This document shows positions 1-12,392 of a stretch of 64,000 nt of DNA, piece after piece. A program made the position numbers and the translations under genes. Under the pieces are notes generated by a model. The model saw only the letters and a program-made list of their open reading frames with translations, did no database searches and was not told where the DNA came from. This DNA comes from Eledone cirrhosa (taxonomy: Eukaryota): assembly GCA_964016885.1 (NCBI GenBank), contig OZ024744.1, positions 89,776,001-89,840,000 of the forward strand, given 5' to 3'. Each line of letters begins with the position of its first letter. Position 1 is the stretch's first letter.

Positions 1-264
1 CGTATTCTATTCTATAGCGATTAGGTCTTCAAAATGTTTATTATAAACATACAGAATATTTTCGAATATTCTATGTCTATCTTCACATATATATCGCTAT
101 TTCAGAGCATTTAATCCAATATATATATATATATGGAAAGTTATATTTAAATTGTTGGGTTAACAACGAGTAAATATTTATAACTGATATAAAAGCACTC
201 AACAAGTATTTGGAGTATATTTATGATATTAAATAAATGGAAACTATATTTATAAAACCATATT

Positions 265-330
265 TATTTCATTATATATATTTCAGGGATATCATATTAA
301 CAATATGTTATGCCTTCATCAGACAAAATA
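265..330 (-). ncRNA. Type I hammerhead ribozyme (left arm)
   Basis: Reverse complement of the motif at 543-608. Confidence 0.75.
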
Positions 331-542
331 CAATATAAACAGTCTTATAAATAAATAGATATGACATACCTTTCAATCTACTTGCATTTGGGAAGTTGAT
401 TTGGCAGTAAAAATATTGTGGACAGTTGTCTCTCTTTCTTTTTACAACTGTCCACAATATTTTTACTGCCAAATCAACTTCCCAAATGCAAGTCGATTGA
501 AAGGTATGTCATATCTATTTATTTATAAGACTGTTTATATTG

Positions 543-608
543 TATTTTGTCTGATGAAGGCATAACATATTGTTAATATGATATCCCTGAAATATATATA
601 ATGAAATA
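543..608 (+). ncRNA. Type I hammerhead ribozyme, minimal with palindromic stem III
   Basis: TATTTTGT-CTGATGA-(AGG..CATATT/AATATG..CCT stem II)-GAAA-TATATA-TA-ATGAAATA. Stem I pairs using two G-U pairs. Confidence 0.75.
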
Positions 609-645
609 AATATGGTTTTATAAATATAGTTTCCATTTATTTAAT

Positions 646-698
<53 letters not shown>

Positions 699-762
699 AT
701 GCTTTGGGAGGGTCATGTTGTCAAAAATTCAGAAACGAAATATATATATATATATATATATA

Positions 763-1074
<312 letters not shown>

Positions 1075-1371
1075 CCCGTAGAGTGCTGTTTTTCATTGAT
1101 CTATTCTTTGGAAATTATGTGTGTGTGTGTGTGTGCCCGCGTGTGTGTGTGTGTATATGTATATGTATGTAGAGGGAGGGTGAGAGAAAGAGAGAGGCTG
1201 GAAGTGAGTAAGAGCATCGGCTACATTTTGCGTCCTTGTGTTGCATATCACGAACGAAAAAATGCACTGCCCTGCACCACGTGGATCCATCTATTAAATG
1301 TATAGTGCATGGTTATGACAAATTACTCTTTCGTGTGTGTGTGCGTGAGAGAATAAATGTGGGTGTGTGTA

Positions 1372-1403
<32 letters not shown>

Positions 1404-1422
1404 ATGTGTGTGTGTGTTTATG

Positions 1423-1560
1423 CCGGGTTCAATTGGTGTTAACCACAGTAAGTAAGGTACTCAATACATAGCAGAGTATAATATTTAATATAGAAATGGC
1501 TTCTACAGGACTAGAACTGTTTCATTCGGAAGAAATCATCAGGGCTTTCCTGGTCATTCC
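1423..1560 (-). mobile_element. Short pLTR-like repeat with hammerhead core (1498-1542) and an inversion junction
   Basis: Minus strand reads CTGATGA-TTTCTTCCGAAT-GAAA-CAG(TTCTAGTC)CTG-TA-GAAGCC. Relatives at 22778-22882 and 52229-52295. Confidence 0.55.
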
Positions 1561-1654
1561 GTATGCTGTAATATTAGGAAAAGCACTCGACGTTATGCAA
1601 CTCATCCATCTTTGATGTTGAATCTTGTTGGTGGTGCGAGAACGTAGTTAATTA

Positions 1655-2012
1655 TTATTATTGAGTAAAATGACAGGAGGCCAGACTGGTGAAATTCCTT
1701 CAGATTTATTTCAGCAAACACTCTGTACATGGCCAGGTTACGCAAGATTCTGGTGACATCATCAGGTGTATATTGCATAATACTTATATAATTAAAGAAT
1801 AATGGTAAACAGAGCCCAAGAGACTATAAAGAAAGAAAGCAGAGAAAAAATGTTTTTGACTCGAAGGCGATCAAGAGGGTCAGTTGTTGATAGTTTGGCT
1901 GACCGCCTTCGGGTCTTGCGTAACCAGGCCCCTGATATGTAGATAGTGTTTGCTGAAATAAATCTTTGAAGAAATTTTACCAGTCCGGCCTCTTGACACT
2001 TTACTCAATAAT
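1655..2012. repeat. Degenerate inverted-repeat element related to 26351-26583
   Basis: 1655-1750 and 1913-2012 are diverged reverse complements. Decayed hammerhead cores (minus CTGATGA near 1758-1764, GAAA lost). Confidence 0.55.
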
Positions 2013-2196
2013 ATATATATATATATATATATAATCTTACCTTAGTGCTTCTCCTATATCGTAAAGTTCATTGAAATCTGCCTTTTTTAAATACCCGTAT
2101 TGTTGTAGATAATTCTGGAATAGAATAAAATTTATTAAAGTGAATTTTATCAACAAATTCATTTAAAAACGACCAACATTTTAAACAGCTTAATAA

Positions 2197-3550
2197 TAAT
2201 CGTTTATGATTTAGGCAGAAGTTCAGTAATTGGGGGTAGGGTGGCTAATACTTTATTTTATCGATCTCTGAAAGGATGAAATGCAAAACTTCACTTCGTC
2301 AACATTTGAAGCCAGAATGTAAAGAGTCAGAACAAATGCTGAAAAGTACTTTCAATTGAATCGTGCGAAACCATTTTGCTGGTTTGGGGGCTGTTTCTAC
2401 TATAGGCACAAAGCCAACAATTCGAAGGAAAGGGAAAATCGACTAAATCGACCCCTGTGCGTTACTGGTACTTTATTTTATCGACCCCGTAAGGATGAAA
2501 GGCAAAGCTAACCTCGGCGGGATTTGAACGCAGAACATAAACGACCATAACTAGATACTGCAAAGCATGTTGTCCAGTGATCTACCGATTCTGCCAATCC
2601 ACCACCCTAATAAGAATATTTTTTTCTACTTTAAACACAAGGCCAGCTAAATGAAGAGAATTGGGGAGAAGTCGATTAAATCGACTATAGTGTGTTACTT
2701 GTACTTTATAACAATAATGGTTTCTACATTAGGCACAAGGCCAGCAATTACCCAGTACATTACTGGTACTTTATTTTATCGATCCCGTAAGGATGAAAGG
2801 CAAAGTCAACCTCGGCGGGGTTTGAACTCAGACCGTAAAGGGACGTAACTATGCTGGAAAGCATGGCGTCCGACACTCTACCGATCCTGCCAATGGTTTC
2901 TACATTAGGCACAAGGCCAGCAATTTTGGGAGGAGGGCAAGTCGATTAAATCGACCACGGTGAGTTACTGGTACTTTATTTTATCAACCCCGGAAGGATG
3001 AAAGGCATCGCTAACCTTGGCGGGATTTGAACTCAGTCCGTAAAGGGCCATAACTCTATGCTTCAAAGCATGTTGTCCGACACTCTACCTATATTTTATA
3101 ACAATAATGGTTTCTGATTTAGGCACAAGGTCAATCATTTGGTGGTGGTGGTGGTGGTGGTGGTGGGGAGAGTCGATTAATTCGTCTCCAGTGCATTACT
3201 GGTACTTTATTTTATCGACCCCGTAAGGATGAAAGGCAAAATTAACCTCAGCGGGATTTGAACTCAGTCCGTAAAGGGCCGTAACTTTATGCTTCAAAGC
3301 ATGTTGTCCGACACTCTACCTATATTTTATAACAATAATGGTTTCTGATTTAGGCACAAGGTCAATCATTTGGTGGTGGTGGTGGTGGTGGTGGTGGGGA
3401 GAGTCGATTAATTCGTCTCCAGTGCATTACTGGTAGTTTATTTTATCGACCCCGTAAGGATGAAAGGGAAAGTTAACCTCGGCGGGATTTGAACTCAGTC
3501 CGTAAAGGGGCGTAATTCTGTGCTGCAAAGCATGTTGTCCGACTGCTTTA
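2197..3550 (-). mobile_element. Cluster of about 6 tRNA-derived SINE copies (Meta-domain-like family), partly tandem
   Basis: Repeated GGCACAAGGCCAGC...TACTGGTACTTTATTTTATCGACCCCGTAAGGATGAAAGGCAAAG..CTCGGCGGGATTTGAACTCAG. The minus strand has an A box (TGGCAGTATCGG) and B box (GAGTTCAAATCC). 3105-3320 and 3335-3550 are a near-exact tandem pair. Confidence 0.85.
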
Positions 3551-3683
3551 CTTATATTTCTTAACAATGGTGATAATAAATAGTAGTGATAACAATACAA
3601 AAAATACAATGAAGGCCCGCTTTAGATTGGTGGTCACATATATGAGACAGTACTACCGCTACACAAGCAACAGTTTCTAACAT

Positions 3684-3815
3684 ACAGTATTTCCCGGCAT
3701 CGAAGACGTTACTTTTCCCCTAAAATAAGTCTCAAAATCTACCATGCGTCCTGGAGGCCGAAGTTTGTTTATTATTTATTTCAAATTTTTGGTTGTCAAA
3801 AATTAGGGTGCGTCC
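3684..3815. mobile_element. Possible Tc1/mariner-pogo type DNA transposon remnant
   Basis: TA-CAGTATTTCCCGGC start and internal TGCGTCCT repeats. The second terminus was not found. Confidence 0.3.
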
Positions 3816-5117
3816 TTCTTGACTGGTACTACAAGGATGAGAGACAAAAGTTGACCACCGTAGAATTTGAACTTAGAACATAAAGTATTTTGTTCAACAC
3901 TCTACCGATTCTGATTTTTTTTTTCTTCTTTCATGGTTTTTAAAATAGGCATATGGCCACACCTTTTTGTGAAGGAATCAATAATTAAATAGATTCCGAT
4001 TTTTCATTGTTACTTATTTTACCGACCACGGAGGACAAACCTGATTCTATCTATGATTTGATCGCAGAACCTGAAATATGTATGATAATATGTATGGTAA
4101 ATCATACTTATTTTCGATATTCTAAATGTATTTTCTACACATCCTTGTGGTAAATATTAATATTGTTAATAACACAAGCCAAAATTTCAACACAATGATA
4201 TGATAGATCAAATAAAACCGTAATTGACAATATACACACAAATTGAACGAAGACTGCGTTACACTGTCTTATGTAATCAGTAACGTAATCCATGAGACAT
4301 TAAAAAAAGACGATATTATATATAAACTGCATTAGGAGATAATTAGTGACAGAAATATATGAATATTTATTTAAACGATCGCTAACTGGAAGTGTTGACA
4401 TTTGAAAATGTTAAAGAAGTGAATCTTTAAATAAATAATAAAATATATTTAATGAACAATTTAGTAGATAAATTATGTAATATTCATTCATTATTTATTC
4501 AAAGTAATCCAACTTATTTTACTAAGGGGATAAAAAATTATAAACCGTACGCAGTCCCACACTTCTTACTTTATTATAGTTTAGATTGATAACTTGCCAA
4601 ACAAGTATATTTCTCTTTCACATCAGTTTATCGGTTTAACTCCATAACAGTACTTTCAGTTAAGGAGAAAACAAACATATCTCTCTACGCATGCGTGTAG
4701 GTGCCAGGTTTAAATAATAGAAGACCAAATATATTCACACGTTCTTGTGAGAGAATTATAAAAATAACAAAACAGATTTCGGGACATGGCCAGGAATAAA
4801 TTATGAATAATTTTATTTGTTGTTGAAAATCGTTATGAAATAGGCACGTGATACACCCCTCACAACCCCTACACTCCCCCCCCCCCATCCCCATCACTCT
4901 CATCCCCACCCCCATCGCTTTTATGGTTATTTTCCTCTTTTGATGTTTCTTTTTGTTAGAGTTAAGAAAGGATGAGGTGACGTAAAAGCTAACTAATTAT
5001 GCTAAGAATGTTAAACTATGCAATCTAATGAATTATACTTCCTAAAAATGAAAAGCAAAAAAAGATATTAATATAGGTTTCACCATTTATATAATATTAC
5101 GTTATATAATATATACT

Positions 5118-5562
5118 TGTTTCTATATTTGGCACAAGGCCAGCAATTATCTCAGTGCATTACTGAGCTGTTTCTACTATAGGCACAAAGCCAACAATTC
5201 GATTAAATCGACCCCTGTGCGTTACTGGTACTTTATTTTATCGACCCCGTGAGGATGAAAGGCAAAGTTAACCTCGGCGGGATTTGAACTCAGATCGTAT
5301 AGGGGCGTAACTCTATACTGCAAAACATGGAGTCCGACCTTCTACTGATACTGCCAATCCACCGCCCTTATATAATTGTTTCTACTTTAGGCACAAGGCC
5401 AGCAAAATACCCAGTGCATTACTGGTACTTTATTTTATCGACCCCGTAAGGATGAAAGGCAAAGTCAACCTCGGCGGGATTTGAACTCAGATTGTAAAGG
5501 GACGTAACTATGCTGGAAAGCATGGCGTCCGACCCTCTACCGATACTGCCAATCCACTGCCC
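5118..5562 (-). mobile_element. Two Meta-like SINE copies
   Basis: Same family as 2197-3550. 5375-5562 is near full length. Confidence 0.85.
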
Positions 5563-5587
5563 TTATATAATATTACGTTATATAAGG

Positions 5588-5620
<33 letters not shown>

Positions 5621-5624
5621 AACA

Positions 5625-5655
<31 letters not shown>

Positions 5656-5713
5656 TCATTTTATATATACATACATATATATATGTATATATATATACAC
5701 ATTTATATATATG

Positions 5714-5766
<53 letters not shown>

Positions 5767-5769
5767 ATA

Positions 5770-6182
5770 TATGGTGGTTGCAAACTCTGCTAAGAGTATT
5801 GCAATCGCTTATCAGATTACAGAAAATGTTGCACCTTTAGGCTATGGCCAGCCACACGAACCCGTAACGTATCCTGAACAAGCAATGCCTCTACTTTGAA
5901 GCTTTTTTAAGTGGGGAGAGGCCCTGCACTCGACCAATCCCTCTCTCTGAGTATCGGAAAGACTACCCGAAAAGGAGAACTGGTCAACATCATCGGATGC
6001 TTCCGAAGCCGCAGGGTTTTTTTTTCAGAGTTTTCCTCTCTTAGAAAGGTGTTGTGACAACAACTGGGGGCCTTTCACTCCCTACCAGGTTAAAAGAAAG
6101 TACTATTTTGGACACCCCGTGGGATGAAATACAAGACCCGGCAAAGAGCGGAGGAACTCAGTAGAATCAACGGCCATCCAAA
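5770..6182. mobile_element. Rearranged relative of the RTE-derived non-autonomous element at 35592-36808
   Basis: TTTTGGACACCC..G.AGG..AAA.ACAA.ACC and GGCCATCCAAA match 56214-56255 and the reverse complement of 36024-36100. AGAGTTTTCC matches 35960. Confidence 0.4.
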
Positions 6183-6237
6183 TAGTACTTTCTATGTACA
6201 CACACACACACACATATACATATATATATATATATAT

Positions 6238-6366
6238 AACGAAGGAAATGTGGTAAGGAACCAGGTGGACCATAACGCACCAAAGTACTCAATACTTGAG
6301 GTAGTAGAGTGGGTAATAGGAACCAGTAAGACCCCGACAGCTGAGCTCAAGCCGTTTCGACGGCTA
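6238..6366 (-). mobile_element. pLTR-like family B fragment (3' half of a hammerhead)
   Basis: Near-identical to the reverse complement of 61823-61950. Minus strand has GAAA-CGGC(TTGAGCTCA)GCTG-TC-GGGGTC. Confidence 0.7.
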
Positions 6367-6409
6367 TACATACACACGCACATATCTTTATATATATATG
6401 TATATATAT

Positions 6410-6535
6410 GTAAGGAAAAGAAATTGAAAATGCAACTAGATCTTTTAAGAATATTTATTTATTCTTAAAAAACTCCAGTTGCATTTTCAATTTCTTTTCC
6501 TTATACTTTCACCCGTGTAGGACACCTTTTTAAAA
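6410..6535. repeat. Short fold-back of pLTR-like family C
   Basis: TAAGGAAAAGAAATTGAAAATGCAACT / AGTTGCATTTTCAATTTCTTTTCCTTA inverted pair. Matches 50680-50750. Confidence 0.65.
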
Positions 6536-6552
6536 AAATTTATTTTCTTATT

Positions 6553-6652
<100 letters not shown>

Positions 6653-6907
6653 CGCGTGTTTGCGTTTGTGTGTGTGTGATTATTAAAATGAGTATCATGT
6701 TTTTGACTGTGGTTCTTGAATCAAACCTTACGAAGGAAGTTACATAAATATACACCAATAAACAGAAGTTTAATCTGATGTGCACTATTATCTTTTTAAT
6801 CTTTTAATAAATTTGCAGACCTTCACATATGACATGCATGTTATATTAACCATTGTGAATTAACTTGTCAACTTTTTGTCTGGTATTGGGAATTTGTTGG
6901 TAATTAA

Positions 6908-7200
6908 TTATTTCTACTTTTGGCACAAGGCCAGCAATTATCCCAGTGTATTACTGGTACTTTATTTTATTGACCCCGTAAGGATGAAAGGCAAAGTTAA
7001 CCTCGGCGGGATTTGAACTTAGACCATAAAGGGCCGTAACTCTTTGCTGCAAAATATAGCGTCCGACCCTCTACCGATACTGCTAAATCCACCGCTTCTT
7101 TGTTGGTAATTAATTGTTTCTACTTTTGGCACAAGGCCAGCAATTATTCCAGAGTATTACTGGTACTCTATTTTATCAACCCCGTAAGGATGAAAGCGGG
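6908..7200 (-). mobile_element. Meta-like SINE copy plus partial copy
   Basis: Same family motifs. Confidence 0.8.
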
Positions 7201-7239
7201 TTGATACCAGTTTGCAAATATTTATACAACTACAAATCA

Positions 7240-7362
7240 TACACACACACACATATATATATATGATATACACATATACATACACACATACACACACACA
7301 CATGCACATGCACACACATACACACACACATATATATATATATATGATATACACATATACAT

Positions 7363-7401
<39 letters not shown>

Positions 7402-7471
7402 TATGTATATATACATATATACATATGTATATAAATATATATATATATATATACATACATATATACATATG

Positions 7472-7502
<31 letters not shown>

Positions 7503-7614
7503 ACATATATATATATGTATATATATATATATACATATATATGTATACATATATATATATATATATATACATACATACATATGTATATATATATATATAT
7601 ATATACATAGATAC

Positions 7615-7658
<44 letters not shown>

Positions 7659-7727
7659 GTATATATACATATATATATATATATGTTTATATATATAAAT
7701 ATATATATGTATGTATATATATATATA
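7240..7727. repeat. Compound (TA)n/(CA)n microsatellite
   Basis: Directly visible. It is the source of spurious YI/HT-rich ORFs. Confidence 0.95.
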
Positions 7728-7960
7728 GCATTGCGAAAACTACATTGCAATGGCTATGATAGCTCTTTAGGGACAGTGCTTCAACAGATAAGTTATTTCT
7801 CTGCAAAGCTTATTGGAATGCAGCTAAAATATGGAACGGTGCTGCTGCTGCTGCTGCTGATGCTGCTGGATTCCTTATGAAACTCAAGAATCGGAAACAT
7901 TAAAACAAAATCTTAATCTTGATGACCAGAAAATACTTCAGTTCTAGACAATTGTTAACC

Positions 7961-8075
7961 CTTTCAAACGATGTACTGCTTTCCATATTTTTTCAAACGA
8001 TGTACTGCTTTCCATAATTTTTCAAACGATGTACTGCTTTCCATAATTTTTCAAACGATGTACTGCTTTCCATAT
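7961..8075. repeat. Tandem minisatellite, about 29-bp unit x4
   Basis: TTTTCAAACGATGTACTGCTTTCCATA repeated. Confidence 0.9.
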
Positions 8076-8164
8076 TTGAGTACAACTATCCATTTAAAAT
8101 GTTTAAATGACTGGCTTCTTCTACAGATGCAAAACAAAATTCTTCAGCTATTAATAATTATTTG

Positions 8165-8385
8165 CCTTGGCAGATCGATAGAGCGTCGGACAACATGCTT
8201 TGTGGCATATAGTTTACGCCCCTTTGCTTTCTGAGTTCAAATTCCCGCGAGGTTAGCTTTTTCTTTCATCCTTACGCTGGTCGATAAAATAAAGCACCAT
8301 TAACGCAGTAGGGTCGATTTAATCGACTTTCCTCTCCACCTCCCAAAAAATGGTTGGCCTTGTGCCTTAATCAGAAATCTTCAAT
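8165..8385 (+). mobile_element. Meta-like SINE
   Basis: TGGCAG..GAGTTCAAATTCC..CTTTCATCCTTACG..GGCCTTGTGCC..AGAAA. Confidence 0.75.
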
Positions 8386-8495
8386 TATTAGCTTTTAAAA
8401 ACCTCCTTAAATACGACAATCTTACTACAACGCAAAGACCGCGTCCAAAAACAAAATAGCATCTTGAAGCTTTGGTCTTTGAAAAGGAAATAAAA

Positions 8496-8725
8496 TGGTT
8501 TCTTATATAGGCACAAAGTCATCAATTTTGGAGGAGGTGAAAGTCGATTAAATCGACCACAGTGTATGACTGGTACTTTATTTTATCCCCCCCCCCCCCC
8601 CCCGTAAGGATGAAAGGCAAAGTTAACCTCAGCGGGAAAGTTAACCTCAGATCATAAAGGGCCTTAACTCTATGCTGCAAAGCATGGAAACCGACCCTCT
8701 GCCGATACTGCCAATCTACCGCCCT
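8496..8725 (-). mobile_element. Meta-like SINE
   Basis: Same family motifs. Confidence 0.75.
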
Positions 8726-9089
8726 TGAAAGGGAAATAAAATTAAATGGAATTTACACCTCACACCTGTGCATATTTAACAGGCCTCCTATGAAGTTGTA
8801 TTATAGGTGACTTTTCAGGTGTTTTAATTATTGAGGTCCATATCCTATCATGAACACTAACACCAACGGATTCAGGAATCGAACCCATGACCTTATGGTT
8901 GTGAGTCCAATATCCCAACCACCTACTGTACTATGGATGAAAAAAAAGCAATTATACTTCAGCTTTGAAACTTTGCTGAGCTGTGCGTTTAAAAGAACAA
9001 GTGATCTCCACTTTAGAAAATTACTCACAAATTTGTTAACGTGCAACTGGCAGCATACACATACATATTCACAAACACACACACTCTTT

Positions 9090-9180
<91 letters not shown>

Positions 9181-10489
9181 ACAGAGAAATCACATTCCTG
9201 CTTCACAGGTTCTAAAGGACAATCAATGAACACACGAAGGGAACGTCACCATGACACAGACTGAGGTTCTCAGAACACGTGTCTAGAAAATATTCTCACA
9301 CAGCATTCAGTTTGCCTGAGATAATATTTTAATTACTACATATCAAACGATTTTTCTGAGAGAAGAAAAGGAAACATTTCCTGAGAAAAAGAACAAAATA
9401 GGTTTAATATATTTAAAATTCGCGTGTATCTTTTATATCCGGCTTTCTGCAGCTTTCTGTTATATTTCCTATTTTTTAAAATTATATATTCTATTATTCT
9501 ATTCTAGTCATGAGTAACTAAAAATATATTTCTATTTAAACAAAACTTTGATCATCAAACACCAATAACGTTATTTTAAATCACGTTTTGAACCCAAATA
9601 AGATAAAATAGTTAGACTTTCGATTGAGCCCAAAATACATATCCTACACTGTCAAAGAATTTTTTTTTTTTTTTTTTTTTGCACATATCAGATACGTGAG
9701 GTCTCCCATCACACCCTTCCTATACAAGAACAATAGCTCAAAAGACACAATAACTACATTTACAAAGGCAGTCATTACATGTGATTTTCTTACTAATTGC
9801 TTTCCTTGCTCTATCTCTTCATGTTATTATGTACCACTAATAGGGGTCATCAGCTGTGTTTAATATTTTAATGTTTTCTCACATCCCATGTTTTATGGTG
9901 ATATCAGACGATTCTCAATACTTTTTTTTCCTCTCTCCTCAATTCTTCCCCAATTATCTATTTTTGGGGGCAAGGCGGAGCAATGTGGTGCAAGGCAGGG
10001 TGAGGTGAGTGGGGAGAGGGTGTGGACTTCTATCCAGGTAGTTACAGTCAAGTTATATTCCCTTATGTTGATCGTTCAATGGACCTTTTCATTTGTGACA
10101 TATTCAATGTATGAACCAGTATAATATTAGCTTCTACATAGTCAGTCGACTTGCTAGAAAAATTTTTTCAAAAGATTATAGCTATCTTCCTAGAAAGATC
10201 ATGAAAGCCTGAATACAATACGTATGAAAATAATACAGGAAGGCCATAAACCATGTGCATTACCAATTAGTGTACTAGATGTGCAACCTGATTTCCATGA
10301 CTAATTGGAATTTTCTCTGCTGCGCTTCTATCAAGGTCTATATTTTACAAGTATACTAGCAACTTTACATGCTAAAAGAACGCAACAGTCTCATGTTGTA
10401 AATCAAAGTGATATTATTGTCATTCCAGATACGGTTGAGTTGTGTGATCACCGATGGATTTACGTTGATAAGGAAAACTAGGATAGTGG

Positions 10490-10682
10490 ATTTGTATAAT
10501 TTGTAGAGCGTCGGATAAAATACCATTGCGGTATTTATTCTGATCTTTATATTCTGGGATGAAAATCCGTTGGGATCAACTTTGTCTTTCCTCCTTCAGG
10601 GGTCGAAAAAATAAAGTATCAGTAAAATACTAGGGTTGATTTAATCAAATTTACTGGTTTGTGCTTAAATTAGAAATCATTA
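10490..10682 (+). mobile_element. Old Meta-like SINE
   Basis: TAGAGCGTCGGA..CTTTCCTCCTTCAGGGGTCGAAAAAATAAAGTATCAG..TTTGTGCTTAAATTAGAAA. Confidence 0.65.
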
Positions 10683-11394
10683 TGTCAGTTTTCTGGTGAT
10701 GTTGCTGTTATTATTGCTGCTGATTTTGTTTAGCTCTAGGTCATCTATGATCGAGAAGATCTACGGTGAAAGGTAACATCAGCCATGACCATATCGTCCT
10801 TTTAGTGGCATGTAAGACAAATTATCTATTCATGGCATTTATAGTCATTTCTAATGCTGCTCTCTTTTTCTGTATAATAACGTTGTATTTGAAATTTTAT
10901 ATATTTGATTTGAACTAGTTGGTAATAAAATTGTTCAATTATTTAATATGCTGTCGTTACCTTAATTAAGGTGGCAGAGTATGATTTGTGCGTGATAGAT
11001 TTAGTTGTTATTTCTAGCAGGTCGTGTGACTATGTGTACCAAGAGTGGAGATTAAAATCCCTCGCTCACATACAAATTTGAAACTACCTTCTGACTAAGT
11101 CACTAAAATCTAATATAAAAAAAAAAAACTGGTATCAAACGAAACAGTAATTTAATATGATGTAAAATGTCAAAACAACGAATTAAATGTTATTCCATGA
11201 AGAAGGATAGGAGTCTATCATTTCAGTGTAGTACCTTCTACAACAAAGAGTTCTGTCCCGAAGCGTTAGTTCACTTCTCATCTTCCTCGTGGTTTAACAT
11301 TTATTTCATGGTTTAAACTCTTTTATATTACATTTAATAGCGTAAAACATCACTATTTTCCTCAGATTCAACTATTTTACTATATCATTTGAAC

Positions 11395-11750
11395 ATGCCT
11401 GAGTAGTTATGAAGTTCGCTTCGTAATCATAAGGTTCTGGTTTCGATCTCACTGCGTGTTATCTTGAGCAAGTATCTTTACCATAGCCTCGAGTCGACCC
11501 AAGCCTTGTAAGTGAAATTGGGAAGACGGAAACTGTGGAAGCCCTTCAGATGGATGGATTGTACTTGTAATACAAAGGTCCAATCTTATCACATATTGTG
11601 TCATGTTGATGATTCTACCTGAGAATTACATTAAGAGAACACGTGTATGTGGAATACTCAACCAATTACATGTTAATTCACGACTTGGATGTTTAAATGA
11701 TCTACCAATTGAATACTCGTCGTTAAAAGCGACGGAGGATCCATTATCAT
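11395..11750 (+). mobile_element. tRNA-derived SINE, second family (CORE-like central region)
   Basis: GTTTCGATCTC B-box, CTTGAGCAAGT and GACGGAAACTG..GAAGCCC. Its 5' part is related to 51832-52000 and its 3' part to the reverse complement of 12070-12250. Confidence 0.6.
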
Positions 11751-12069
11751 TAAATTTAAAATAAGTTACTCACCTATTATCTATATACAATTAAGGATTA
11801 TTTTATAATTCGTTGTTTTTCTCAACACAGATATACCAACAGAGGTTTTGATGTCATCATGTTGGTGATGATCGATTTATTTCCTCCGGTATTTTCGGCA
11901 CTAATATTTGTTTTATAATCCCTTGAAATGTTACTAAGACGTTCTACGAAACCCCAAAGTTGTTTTTTTTTTCTTATTTTCAATGCTGCTCACAAAATTA
12001 CGAATTTGTTTGTAATCTTTTCTTGACTAATTGCTCATTCGTAATTTTTTGAAATGTTATTCATTGAAT

Positions 12070-12392
12070 TTACTCCGTCAGTTACGGACGACGAGTGTTC
12101 CAGTTGATACGACCAACGGAACAGCCTGCTCGTGGAATTAACGTGCAAGTGGCTGAGCATTCCACAGACACGCATACATTTTACGTAGTTCTCAGGGAGA
12201 TTCAGTGTGACACAGTGTGTGACAAAGCTGGCCCTTCGAACTACAGGTACAACTCATTTTTACCAGCTGAGTGGACTGGAGCAACGTGAAATAAAGTGTC
12301 TTGCTCAAGGACACAATGCGCTGCCGGGAATAGAACTCACGACCTTACGATTGTGAGCTGAATACCCTAACCACAAAACCAAGCGTCTTCAA
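12070..12392 (-). mobile_element. tRNA-derived SINE, third family
   Basis: Minus strand TGAAGACGCTTGG..TGGTTAGGG..GTGAGTTCTATTCCCGG..GTGTCCTTGAGCAAGACACTTTATTTCACGTTGCTCC. Head shared with 42311 and 44642. Confidence 0.75.

Larger units (their letters stand above)
135..651. mobile_element. Fold-back (inverted repeat) Penelope-like pLTR derivative with a hammerhead in each arm, inserted in (TA)n
   Basis: Arms 222-429 and 444-651 are reverse complements (one mismatch seen) with a 14-nt loop. Extra unpaired tail at 135-221. TA tracts on both flanks. Confidence 0.8.

Noticed and set aside
7157-7759. Long ORFs rich in YI, CV or HT (also at 34520, 45250, 57837, 61483 and many others)
   Set aside because: They are translations of stop-free dinucleotide microsatellites, not genes.
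7961-8075. CRISPR-like repeats of about 29 bp
   Set aside because: There are no spacers and no cas genes, and the context is eukaryotic. It is a simple minisatellite.
9620-9890. Possible decayed RT motif on the minus strand (KGVMG)
   Set aside because: Too short and too degenerate to support.
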